Made by a program: the position numbers and the translations under genes. From Octopus sinensis (Eukaryota): a stretch of 64,000 nt of DNA. Under the pieces are notes generated by a model. The model was not told the DNA's origin. It saw nothing but the letters and a program-made list of their open reading frames with translations, and did not search any database. The DNA lies in the NCBI RefSeq assembly GCF_006345805.1, contig NC_042999.1, forward strand, positions 30,690,001-30,754,000, given 5' to 3'. Below, piece by piece: positions 27,647-40,203 of the stretch (positions within the stretch are counted from its first letter, which is position 1; the number at the start of each line of letters is the position of its first letter).

Positions 27647-30600
27647 GAGCAATACTTACATGTAGTGAACCCTAAACTGACAGATCCATCTCCTAATATA
27701 AGAATGGATGCTCGTCATGCTTCAAGGTCAACAAATCAAACAATAAACCGCATTGGTCATTGCGCGGATTACAAAAGACCACGTACCCGAAAATTGAACC
27801 AAATCCTGATTGAAAAATCAGTTACTGGATCAAATCTTCCCAACACACAGGAGATGGACGAACCCCACAACCGGAATATTCCAACAGATGGCCATCCATG
27901 CTCATCACCAAATAATCAAAAGAAAAAGAAGGAAAAATGGTCTAGGGAAGATAATAAAGAAGTTATTGAGGCCTTCTACCATGCCATATATTTCCCCACA
28001 GATAAGTCTAGCACTGTACAAGCATACTTAAACTGGAGACAGAAACACCCTGAAGTAAGACCCTACATAGACAGTAACAAGCTTGCCAATGTTAGAAGAA
28101 ACATTATAAAAAAGAAATTACTGACTGAAGTAGAGATTGATCAGGTTAGACAAGCAATATCGGATAAAATGAACGAAGCTGCAGCTAGAGAAGATAATAC
28201 AGAGGAAATGATTATAGACCAGCCCAGGGCGGATAAAAACGAAGAGAGGTTTGAAAGAGTTAGTATAAGTGATAGGCAAAGTGAAATACGCCCTGAACCA
28301 ATCATAAACACTAAGCCATATGAGCATCAAATAGATAAAGAAAGTCACACAAATATTGACCCAACAGAACTACATGAGATAAAAAATCAAATCATGATTG
28401 AATGGCTGAAAATTAAAGAAACCAGCATGGATGAGCGTGATACACTTCCTAAAATCCGCAACTCTAACCAAAACATGAAAATAATTGGTAAAATCCGGCT
28501 TGCACTTAAGGATATAATTTCAGTTAATGATGTTGATATCACAAACCTCAACCACCTATACTATGCATCCGCGAAAATCTCAACGATCCTATGTGGTGTA
28601 AAGATTAGAAAACGGCAACAGTCCCACAAAAAGCCTTCTTGGCAAGAGCGTCTGCAACAACAAATTAAAATATTTAGATCTGACATTGAATATTTGAAAA
28701 ACCTTAAGGCTCACAAGACTACCAAACCTACAAAAACCCAAAAATTACTGAAAAAATACAATATGAAAACTATACTTGATATTGATGCCACCATAGAAAC
28801 CATCAAACAAAAGGTATCTGCCAAAGCTGCCCGCATAGCGAGGTATGAAAAGCGTGTTAGATTTTTCAAGGACAACAACATGTTCAAAAATAACACCAAG
28901 AATTTTTACAGGAAGATAGAAAAAACAGCGTTTACTGCAGGGTCTGTACCATCAAAAGAAGAAGTGCAGAGATTTTGGAATAAAATCTGGGCAGAAGAAA
29001 AAACACACAACGAAAAGGCCCCCTGGATTAACAGAATATCTACAGAACTGGACCACTTAGAAGAGCAAAAGTGGGAGGGTGTCAAGGTAGAAAATATAAG
29101 ATCTGCTCTCAGGAGGTCAAGCAAATGGAAGTCTCCAGGAAAGGATAAAATTCCTAACTTCTGGCTGTGGCCTTCCCAGAGAGCCATGAACTGCTAACAG
29201 AACTGTACAATGATGTTTTGCAACACCCTGGTAGGATGCCTCCTTGGCTAGTTAATGGGTTAACATTCCTGCTTCCAAAAAGTGAAGAAACAAATGAACC
29301 AAAAAACTATAGACCCATAACCTGCTTAACAACTATGTACAAAACACTAACATCTGTCCTGACGGAATATACCTATAGTTTTTTAACAGACAGCAGCATA
29401 TTCCCTAATGAACAGAAAGGATGTAAACGTGGATCCTACGGCTGTAAAGACCAACTACTCATCAATAAGATGATCTTAGAAGATTGTCACAAACGACACA
29501 AAAACTTATCAATAGCCTGGATAGACTATAAAAAGGCTTTTGATAGCCTACCACATAGCTGGATTAGGAAATGCCTTGAAATGTATAAGATAGCACCAAC
29601 TCTGCGAAACTTCTTGACTGTAAGTATGAGATCATGGACAACCACACTAACTCTGAACAGTGACAGTGAATCCCTAAATGCTGGTGATGTACAACTTTCG
29701 TGTGGCATTTTCCAGGGTGACTCACTGTCACTACTCCTCTTTTGTTTATCCTTAATACCTCTCACAAAGCTGCTCAATGACGCGCAGTACGGGTATAAAA
29801 TGTTTGATAAAAATATAAATCATCTCGTTTACATGGATGATTTAAGGCTTTTTGCAAAAAATGATCAACAACTCAAGGGCTTACTAGCGATAGTCAAACA
29901 ATTCAGTGACGACATCAGAATGCAATTCGGCCTCGATAAATGTGCAAAGGCTACCTTTATCAAAGGAAAAATGACAGAAACATCTAACGTTAACCATGAC
30001 TAACTGAATGTCATAAAAGAACTAGACCCAGCGGAGAGCTACAAGTACCTAGGGGTAATTGAAGGGAACGGAATAAGGCATTCAGAGATGAAGGAAAGGA
30101 TCAGGAGAGAATGCTATCGAAGAGTGAGAGCAATACTCAAGACAGAGCTGAATGCAAGAAACAGGATCGAAGCAATCAATGCATTAGCTATACCAGTCGT
30201 GACTTACAGTTTCAATATTGTTAACTGGTCAATTACTGAAATATGTCAGCTCGACAGAAAAATAAGGAAACTGTTGACAATGCATAGAATGCACCACCCT
30301 AAGGCAGATACAGAACGACTCTATCTGCCAAGAAAAGAGGGAGGCCGTGGTCTTTTGCAACTGGCAATAACAATGAAGATTGCTACAATTGGCCTAGACA
30401 CCTACCTGAAAAACTCTGAGGACTGGATGTTAAAACTTGTCTCAAAACATGAAAACAAGAAAGCATCATACTCAGTCACAAAACAGGCAAAGGAATATCT
30501 AAGTGAATTCCGAATACAACCAATTTCGGAATTAGAGATAGATATACAAGAAACAAGCACAGAAAAAGCTAGGCGCATGAAAACCCGTGCCAAAACTCCG

Positions 30601-31606
30601 GCCTTAGATATTCTGAATAATAAATGGCAAGAAAAACCTCTCTATGGCAAATACCCAAAGAGAGCGAATAATGCAGATATCGATAAAGCCCTGACCCATC
30701 AATGGCTAATGGCCTCTGGCTTAAAATCTGAAACAGAGGGGTTTATCATAGCAGCTCAAGATCAATGCCTACCAACAAGAAACTACCAGGCCAACATATT
30801 AAAGATCAGAAGCAGTCCAACGTGTCGTGTATGCAAGCAACAAAATGAAACCATTGACCATGTGGTCTCCAAGTGCAGTCTTCTAGCGCCTACAGAGTAT
30901 CTCAACAGGCACGATAGAGCTGCACAATATATTCACTGGGTAATCTGTAAAAACCTGGATTTGCCCCATGAAAAAAACTGGTGGGAACACAAACCACCCC
31001 CAGTCCTTCAAAATGACCACATCTCACTCCTCTGGAACTTCACCATTCAAACTGACAGGAAGATAGATACAAATAGGCCAGACATCATATTGAAAGACTT
31101 CAAACAAAGAACATGCCTCCTCATTGATATGACTGTCCCAATCGATATAAACGTATCTGTCAAGACCTACCAAAAACTGAGCAAATATAAAGATCTTGAA
31201 ATAGAAAGCAGCAAAATGTGGAAGCTGAAGACTAAAACAATACCTGTTGTCATAGGTGCCCTGGGAATGATAGCAAAAGGGGCTGATAGCTACCTAACTC
31301 AGATACCAGGAAACCCAAAAATGGCAGAAGTTCAAAAGATAGTGCTCATGGGAACTGCTCATATCCTACGCAAAATACTCTCTATGTAATTTCAAGGTTT
31401 AAAACAAACATAATTTTCGGTTTAAAAAAATAAAAATAAAAAAAAAACTTTTTTTTTAGACATTCATTAGTACAACATCCCCACCCCCCAAATATATGGC
31501 ACACTAGGCATAACAACAACATGAACTTCCAACCCTGTTGTCTCTTGAGGTCTCTGGGTGAGACTTGGAGCCAACTTGTACAAATATAAAGCAAAAGTCA
31601 AACATA

Positions 31607-31607
<1 letters not shown>
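27647..31607 (+). mobile_element. Near full-length Dong/R4-clade non-LTR retrotransposon (~4 kb)
   Basis: Single long RT-REL coding region plus ~220-bp 3' UTR, with (TAA)n arrays directly at both ends. Confidence 0.92.
27665..31389 (+). pseudogene. Dong/R4 polyprotein: N-terminal domain, reverse transcriptase, CCHC knuckle, restriction-like endonuclease
   Basis: KSPGKDKI, YRPITCL, QKG, DYKKAFDS, GIFQGDSLS, YMDD, CRVC...DHVVSKC, RHD, RPDIIL...LLID; one frameshift near 29170-29197 and one in-frame TAA at 30001-30003 (29167 and 30088 ORFs share a frame). Confidence 0.92.
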
Positions 31608-31662
<55 letters not shown>

Positions 31663-32419
31663 TAATAATAATAATAACAGCAGCAGGGCAGGTAGGACTG
31701 GTTGAAGAAGAGAACGTTAAGAAAAGTGACTGATCGTTCTCTACTGGCTCCGCATGGCCAAGTATAGACCACAAATTGGAAAGTCAATCTTAGGAATGAT
31801 TGATTGTCTCCCCTGTTACTAATCTGTAATAGAGTTGAGGAAATCATTGTCCATATTATGAAAATGTGCCCTCGATTTACCCAAAGCCAATACAACTTGT
31901 GGTGTCTCGATGAGGTAGCGAATGTCCTACATTAAAAATAATGCGAATGGTGGAAGTTAGAATGATGCCAGACTTCGCATGAGCACAAACTACGGAGAGA
32001 AACCTAGAAAATCCGGTGAGATTTTCCAATCCATACACATCTTGTACTTGAGCACAACAAGCCGGACCTATTGGTGGTGGTCAAGGTGAAACATGAGTGC
32101 TCTATAACTGATGATGAGTGCCCATTTAACCCATGAATAGTCAAGAAGAAAGGCGAAAAAATATACAAGGTAGCTCGACTATGGAATATCAAGAAGGCGG
32201 AATTCGTTGGATCCTAAGGAATACTACCACTAGGCATCAAGAAGAATATAAACAATAATGTGTCAAGTAGAAATGTCAACAGAAAGTTTTCCTCATCAGC
32301 ACAGCCAGGAGCAATAGTAAAGTATTGACTAGTGGAGACGAACATATTGCATGGAACCGTAGGCTGCAGGCAGCACACCCGATATTCATGCAATGATTCA
32401 TGATATATCAATCATTTTA

Positions 32420-32560
32420 CATGCCTATATCGATGAAAATGTTGGTCCGGTTTACGCTATATTAGATATATTCACGTATAGCCATTCGATATATCACCGT
32501 TATGCGTTTGTTATACTATACTCAGCAATAATATATAAGCTCCATGAAAATGCAAAGAAA

Positions 32561-32626
<66 letters not shown>

Positions 32627-32880
32627 TACTACAACTACTACTACTACTACTACTACTACTACACTACTACTACTACTACTACTACTATAATTTTTTATCC
32701 TCTACGAAGGTGTCTTTCATACTATATAGTTCTTACAAAGGTGCATAGCTATAGGCATAGTTCGAAAAGGTACGAAGACAAATGCAGAAATATAGAGAAA
32801 AGCAAAAACGGGATAAAGACTTCATACGTCCGAACATTAAGTGGATATTTAAAAAGGGATGATGTAAATGACTGTTAATA
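32420..32880. repeat. Unclassified dispersed repeat with long (ACT)n array, copy 2
   Basis: Homologous to 22255-22640; (TAC)n expanded at 32561-32690. Confidence 0.7.
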
Positions 32881-33094
32881 ATAAGCAAATTGTGTACACC
32901 GATAGACATCGCACTCCCAACTGAAAGACAACATTCAGCAGAAGGTTATGGAGAGACTGTTTAAATATAAGAAGCATGGAATTGAAATATTCAAGATATG
33001 AGGATGAAAATATAAGGCCATCCCATAAGTTCTGTCCGAGTTTACCATTTTTGAAATTGAATGTAATTTAATAATATTTTAGAATGTGTAATGG

Positions 33095-33590
33095 AATTTA
33101 ACCAAGCTTTGAAGAGAAAAACACCCGCTTTAGTGAATCGAAAAGGAGTAATGTTTCATCAGGACAATGCGTAACTCGACACTGTAAAAATGACATCACA
33201 GAAGAACGAAGACCTTGGTTGGGAAAACATTCCTCGTCCACCTTATTCTCCCAACTTTGCTTCTTCACCACCATTTGATTCTTCTGTGATGTGATTTTGC
33301 AGTGTGGGGTCGTGCATTGTCCTGATGAAACAAATTGTTGTCTGAAGGAGCATGGCCGGGAGAATCAGGTGGCTGGGAAAAAAATTCCTTATCCACCAGA
33401 TTCTCCTGGCCTTGCTCCTTCAGACTATCATTTACAGAATCATATGGGGGACATAACTTTCGCAAGGCAGGAGGAGGACAAAACTGACATTTCAGAGTTC
33501 TTCACTTTGAAAACAAAATTATTTTACATTGATGGGATTAAATGCTTGTAAATAGATGGAAGGAAGCCATAGATAATCATCAGAAAGTCC
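33095..33590. mobile_element. Scrambled mariner transposase relic
   Basis: FHQDNA and PPYSP on + (33150-33260), FHQDNARPHTA on - (33280-33335), PPDSPGLAPSDYH on + (33390-33430). Confidence 0.8.
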
Positions 33591-33599
33591 TCAAGAAGC

Positions 33600-35330
33600 T
33601 TGAAAATCCTGAAACTTGAAGTTGTAATATATGCCAATATGCATGATGTAGAACCACTTTATAAACTCTTAAACACAATCCAAAATTCAAATTGTCGACT
33701 ATGTATGTAATAAAAGAAATCAGGCAAGAACTCAAGCCAGATCTCACTGAGTTAAACGAAATTATTTACGCAGCTGCTAAGACAGTTGAAACCAGTTGCA
33801 TGCGTCCGAAAAATCACCAAGAAAAAAATCCTGGGAGGAATTTCAAACTGTAATTGAAAAAGAGATCGAAATAGATATTGAAATAACGAGAGGTGAAATT
33901 ACAATATTGAATTAATCTTTGGAAACGATGTAAAATCCAGAAATGAAGAAAGTTGAAGTTAAGATATAGTTTCTCACCAAGAGAACTACTTTCAACCAAA
34001 AAAACGCTGTAACAAAAATTCCAATCAAAGTTCAAAGAATACGAACGTTTGAGAAGAGAAACAAGCTTTACAATCACAATAAGCTGTTCATATTCAAATT
34101 TGTGGAACAGACTAGCTTAAAGTGACAGGCTCTACGCGCGGGTAAGGGTGTGGTTGTTACTTTCTGTTGCTTCCTTGCTGTTTCTTATCAACACATTCTC
34201 CCTCTTTGTTTCTCTCTCCTTTCTCTCTAACTTTCCAATTCTCTCACCCTTCCTTTCTCTCGGACTCTCTTTCACTTTCTCTCACACTCTATCTTTCTCT
34301 ATGTATCTCTCCCCCATTTATAAAGAACAAAAGATCTTGAGTAATTTGAGAAAGGCAATATTTTGAAAGATCAATCCTAAATATCAGGCAGTGACAACGG
34401 AAAGGTCTACTTCAAGGCGGACAGCAAAACACTAAAATTTAAAAGGGACAGGCGAGCTGAATAAAAATGAAAAAATATTGGAAACTAAAGTTTGAAGGGA
34501 AAGAATCTGAGGATAGTAGACTCACCATGGCTGGCATTCAAAACTTCTTAACGACGGGCAGCAACGTACTGGCAGTTTAACGGCTGGCGCAAAATTTTGA
34601 ACTTGATGTAAAAGAAAATTCCTAAACAAGCAAGCGTCCAGAACACACAGCGTAGACGAAACAAACAAATCAATGCTGTGGTCATGGAGCGTTACTACTT
34701 GAGCAACACCGTAGAGGAAAATGGTTATTCATCTTAGAGGATACCGATAACGTATGTATGATCAATGGAGAGAAAGAGGATTCTGTCAACTCAGAGATTA
34801 TGTGAGCAGAGCTAGAGCAATAAGAAAAAATCGTTGGTTCACAGAAGTAGGGCTCGAAGGTATCAAAAGACCGGTATTGGAAAACGGCAGCAGAGAAAAC
34901 GATGGAAATACAGTCCCTACTGATAAAAGTAATCTCATTGCAGAAAGCAGAGGTGAAACAGCAAATAAACCTCAGGAAAGGAACAGTGATAGCTTACTCG
35001 ATGAGAGACATATAGATGGTTTCGAAGAAGACAATAAAACTAATGGTGACATGACAAATGGGCAAAGAACAATCTACGACCAATTAAAGGTAAGGCTACA
35101 GGAGAAAGATAGCGATGGAAGCAGTATCATGGAAAGAAGAATGTGAATGAAATTCTGAAATACACCAGAACAAAAAAAAACATCACAGGAACAAATAATT
35201 TGAGTAGAGCAACAAGTATTGTTGTGGCAGAAAATATGGGTGCTGATGTCAAGAAAAGGAAATATAATGCGAGTGACAAAAGAAAATTAGGAGCTTAAAA
35301 GTGAACAAAAATATAGGGCACTAAACACGA
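33600..35330 (+). mobile_element. Old Dong/R4 N-terminal relics (two patches, ~33600-34090 and ~34620-35330)
   Basis: DLTELNEIIYAAAKTV parallels DITNLNHLYYASAKIS, and SRARAIRKNRWFTEVGLEGIK parallels ANVRRNIIKKKLLTEVEIDQV, in the 27665 ORF. Confidence 0.55.
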
Positions 35331-35397
35331 AGTATAATATGAAAAGGGCTTGAAAGTGGTAATGGAGGAATTGAAAATGAATGTATATTTATATATA

Positions 35398-36768
35398 CAA
35401 GCGGAGCTACCCGGCGTTGTTGCTCGGCATTAGAATAGCATAGTTTGTATATAATATATTACTGTTATGTTGAAACAATTGATATGGAAAAGTGCAGCAT
35501 TAACAACAAGAAATTTGTGGAGTAAATGATGGTCAAATTCGACTAAGCAACATACTATGCGTCCGTCTAGAGTATTTCAAGCCGTAACCTGTCATGGAAA
35601 ATTGGGAGTAGGGGATATGCGATATTTGTACGCACTGAAAAGCGGTTATACTCACTCTTGCAGCAGTCGGTGCTGTATCTAACACAACCCCTCATCTGAA
35701 ATGTTTGCCCCTCCTTCATGTTTGTTGTCCTACATCACTCATAAATTAAATTTGGAGGAACTGTGGTTGCTCATTTATGGGTAACAAAGAGCCAATGGGG
35801 TGATAGACTTGCCCATGAACTTTGACGTCGGATTAAATTCTTGTTTATTTATCTACTCAAAAGCACCAAACGATGTCATTTGAAATGCAGAGTTGTATTG
35901 TCTGATATTGTTCAGAAAATATTTTGACTGGAAGATGTGCCTTCTAGCAGATTGTGAAGACGCTGGTAGTGCTGGCAATGTTACCTAACCGTCTGAGCAG
36001 AACTTACCATTTGTTGAATTTTGAAGCTCTACAGAAACGATAATTTGTGTTTAGCACACCAATTTGGACAGTCTTACCATTTTTATAACAATGGGATGGA
36101 TCATATCTGTAAACAGCTTCAGGAGTTGTGAAGAACGAAATTGTACGTAGTCTGTTTCTGAGACCTATTCTAGGGGACCTCTGTCTAATCATTATAACAT
36201 TGATTTAATGATCCAGCATTAAGTGTTGCAGCATGCAATTGCTGATCTTGGGAAAGTCCCACCTCTCTTCTCTATTGAGACTTCGTCTGACGTGTTGCAG
36301 CATACCTTTGCAGATCTGGAGAAAATCTCATCTCGCTTCTCCCTTCAGACACTCGCCTTTGGTTTTCTACACTCCTCCTCGCTTTATACTTGCTTCTGTA
36401 GAGATTACGTTTATCTTTAGTGGCATATTTTTTCAATAATTTAAACAAAAAAAAAAATGAACATAGAAAGAAATTATACATTAATCTCTATTTTTACAAG
36501 CAGTTTTAAGTATGTAGAATGTTTTTACTTTTCTATGCAGTATAAATAAACCAAATAGAAGCTCATGTATGAACTGTTAATTTAACGGTAAATTCTGAAA
36601 TAGTGTAAAAGATAAGAGATTGCTTTGGGCTCGCATTAGGCAAGAAGCTGAATTGTTTGGGACCATGACACTCATGGACCCCAAGTAAGGCATGTGTAAA
36701 ACATGAATGAAATCGGTTTTATAGTTCTCGAGTTTTAGGGATTCACACTGACAGCCTGACAGTCTCAT

Positions 36769-36815
<47 letters not shown>
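35398..36815 (-). mobile_element. Internally deleted, degraded Helitron
   Basis: 3' end CTTG|T (CTAG variant) at 35398 with hairpin remnant cccggcgttgttgctcggc; broken frames give NNIRQYNSAFQMTSFGA and LLP.NEQPQFLQI, homologous to the 59554-61971 ORF; TC/(TA)n 5' end near 36780-36815. Confidence 0.75.
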
Positions 36816-36847
<32 letters not shown>

Positions 36848-36882
36848 TACACACACATGTATATGTGTATGTATGTATATAT

Positions 36883-36937
<55 letters not shown>

Positions 36938-37432
36938 GCATACACACATATATTTATATATGTACGGATTTAAGCATGCTGGCATGTGTATTACTTTGTG
37001 CCTGGCTTTGTCCACCACCAGTGTTAGTTCGTTTACGTCCAATTTAAAGAGGTTCTATAAAAGAGAATGAGTACTAGGCAATAACAAGTAATTAAGTTCT
37101 AAGTTGATTCGTTCGATTATAATTTTCAAGGAGTCGCAGCAAAGCCGCGGTCTAATCACTTAAGCAAGTAGAAGATTGAAGAATAGATATATGTATATGC
37201 AGGTATCTATGTAAGCATGTATGCATGTACGTACGTATATACGTACATAATCACATGCATACATATGCTATATACGTATGTATATATGCATACATATATA
37301 TAAATACATATATACTCATGTATATATAATTGTATACAAACATGTATATATACATGTATACATGCATGTATATGTACATATGTGTATATACATGCATATA
37401 TACATGTAAACATATGTATGTATATAAAGGAG

Positions 37433-37737
37433 CACACCGTCGGTTACGACGGCGAGTGCCACAGCTGATACGACCAACGTAACAGCTTGCTCGTGAAATT
37501 AACATTCAAGTGGCTGAGCACTCCACAGACACGTGTACCCCTAACATAGTTCTCAGGAAGATTCAGCGTGACACAGAGTCCTTTGACATAGAGGTACAAC
37601 TCATTTTTTGCCAGCTGAGTGGACTGGAGCAACGTGAAAGAAAGTGCCTTGCTCAAGGACCAACTTATCGCCTGGAATCGAACTCACGTTCTTTCAATCG
37701 TGAGCCAAATGCCCTAACCACTAAACCTCGCGACTTC
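37433..37737 (-). mobile_element. Mosaic tRNA-SINE (family A core joined to family B tail)
   Basis: tRNA head with GTTCGATTCC; gtccttgagcaaggcactttctttcacgttgctccagtccactcag as in family A; ctctgtgtcacgctgaat...gtcgtaaccgacgg as in family B. Confidence 0.75.
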
Positions 37738-37738
37738 A

Positions 37739-37803
<65 letters not shown>

Positions 37804-38176
37804 ATGTATTTGTGCGTATATTTATCTACGGAACTCTAAGGTTATGTAACCAATACTCTTAATCCTGTGAAACCAGTGTCCTATTATTATTATTATCATT
37901 TCAATAATTATTACTAACACATGATTACATCGAAACACTGGAAAAGTTCAGCGTCGAGTACCTATCCTGATATTTGATTTGTTTTAATTTAAGTGACCAT
38001 GTATGTGTGAAAGGAAAATAAACGACACATGTGGGCTTTGAACACAGTGTATAAAGCGACAAGATATTGTATCCATTCCTTTTAACTATATCTACCTTCT
38101 CTTGTGTAATTCGCGTTGTTTTCTTATGCACGTGATGTTATCTGCTTTGAACCATCATTCCTTCCTGCCCCCATAG

Positions 38177-38381
38177 AGTTTATATAACACATTTATGGAT
38201 TTCTATTGCTGACCAAATAAAGAATCTTCAAACAGTAAGTTGTCAAGCAACCTGCAGGAATCTGCTGGGATACTGTAGATTAGCCACATTAATGTGTTGA
38301 TTTATGTATTTTCCTGCAATTTAAAGATGTTCTCAAAGCTACATCCGTGGGATGCAGAAGCGGAGAATGAAGTTTATTTTG
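38177..38381 (+). CDS. Two candidate micro-exons (38177-38234, 38327-38381) of an unidentified host gene
   Basis: Pyrimidine-rich AG acceptors, donors GTAAGT and GTAAAT, 92-nt intron, phase-compatible open frames VYITHLWISIADQIKNLQT / MFSKLHPWDAEAENEVYF; no homology recognised. Confidence 0.25.
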
Positions 38382-38800
38382 GTAAATGATGTATAATACT
38401 CTTATCTGCTTACTTCGTTGCAGAAATAACACACATGTTTTCTTAAGGAAAACGATAAAAGCGTTGTAATAGCCGATTGGTTAATGTACAAATCTGAACA
38501 GGATATATAGATTCTACCTCTCGGCCAAAAGTTATATATCTGTTCAAAGTAAAATCAATGTCAGAACTCTGAAAATTTTACTTGTAAATCGGTAAATACT
38601 GAAGCAACTTTTATCATAATTTGAACAAAGAATAATGACCAATACTAAAACTTAAATTGATTTAAACCTAACACATGTACCTAAAGACGTTCTACTATTG
38701 AATTGAAAGTGCTTTCACCGCAGTATATGCATTTTTATAAACCGAGGCACACCAGAATGCAATTTGTTTGAATAATGTATTCAATAAATAAATAAATGTA

Positions 38801-39220
38801 AGCGCAGGAGTGGCTATGTGGTAAGTAGCTTGCTTACCACTCACATGGTTCCGGGTTCAGTCCCACTGCGTAGCACCTTGGGCAAGAGTATTCTACTATC
38901 AAAGCCGATCAAAGCCTTGTAAGTGGAGTTGGTAGACGGAAACTGACAGAAGCCAATCGTATATATGTATATATATATATATATATGTATGTATGTGCGT
39001 GTATATGTTTGTGTGTCTCTGTTGGTTCCCCCCCCCAACTTCAACTGACAACCGGTGCTGGTGTGTTTAAGTCCCAGTAACTTAGCGGTTCGGCAAAAGA
39101 TATCGATAGAATAAGTACAAAGCTTACAAATAATAAGTCCTGGTGTCGATTTGCTCGGCTAAAAGCGGTGCTCCGGCATGGCCATAGTTAAATTACTGAA
39201 ACAAGTAATAGAGTATAAGA
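38801..39220 (+). mobile_element. tRNA-derived SINE with internal (TA)/(TG) microsatellite (family C)
   Basis: A box TGGCTATGTGG, B-box-like GGTTCAGTCCC, ccttgggcaag core-like motif, internal microsatellite, 3' tail. Confidence 0.8.
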
Positions 39221-39547
39221 ATAGTGGAACGAGAGACGTCATAATTTGTGAGAAAGCTTTTCTACATGTATATATCAGTGCGTGTGTATGTATGTGTGTG
39301 CGCGCTTATTGATTGTCTGTGGGAGGTGCGTGTACGTTTGTGTTTATTGAGGTAAATATTCTACATTCGGATACCAGTATTCACACCAACATTCATGTTT
39401 CAAACTAGGGTCTCTCTGACAGAAATTTGGAAATGAATAACACTTCTTTATGCAACAGATATACAATACATCTACAAATAACACAGAATATCAAGACAAG
39501 GTGATACAAAAATACTGCTACTCACACCTAAATGTATACGAGTATAT

Positions 39548-39647
<100 letters not shown>

Positions 39648-39866
39648 TACAGACAGAAAGAGAGAGAGAAATATATGATTAGCTTTTTTTGTTTTTCCCT
39701 ACGAAATTCATTCGCAAGTCCTTGGTCGGCCAGGTTTCGAGAAGAAGCTGCTACGCAATGTCTCTGAACACGAAATCATTTGGTTCGGAATGAAACATCT
39801 AAACCACACAACTATGCATGCGCCTGAAGCATTAATATGTATGTATGTATGTATGTATGTATGTGA

Positions 39867-40203
39867 AGGTGCATGGCTCAGTGGTTAGATCGTGGTTAGA
39901 ACTTACGATCGTAAGGTTGTGAGCTCGAATCCCGGACCGGGCTGTGTGTTGTGTTCTTGAGCAAGACACTTTATTTCATGTTGCTCCAGTTCACTCAGCT
40001 GTAGAAATGAGTTGCGACGTCACGGGTGCCAAGCTGTATCGGCTTTTGCCTTTCCCTTGGATAACACTTGTGGCGTGGAGAGGGGAGGCCGGTATGCATG
40101 GGCGACTGCTGGTCTTCCATAAACCACCTTGCCCACACTTGTAACTAGGAGGGTAACTTTCTAGGTGCAATCCCATGGTCAGTGTCGTGACCGAAGGGGG
40201 TCC
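39867..40203 (+). mobile_element. tRNA-derived SINE (family A)
   Basis: Collinear with the reverse complement of 7275-7604. Confidence 0.85.

Noticed and set aside
39867-39945. tRNA gene-like sequences with A and B boxes (also 7530-7604, 38801-38875, 45407-45480)
   Set aside because: No complete cloverleaf was evident and each continues into a repeated SINE body, so they are SINE heads.
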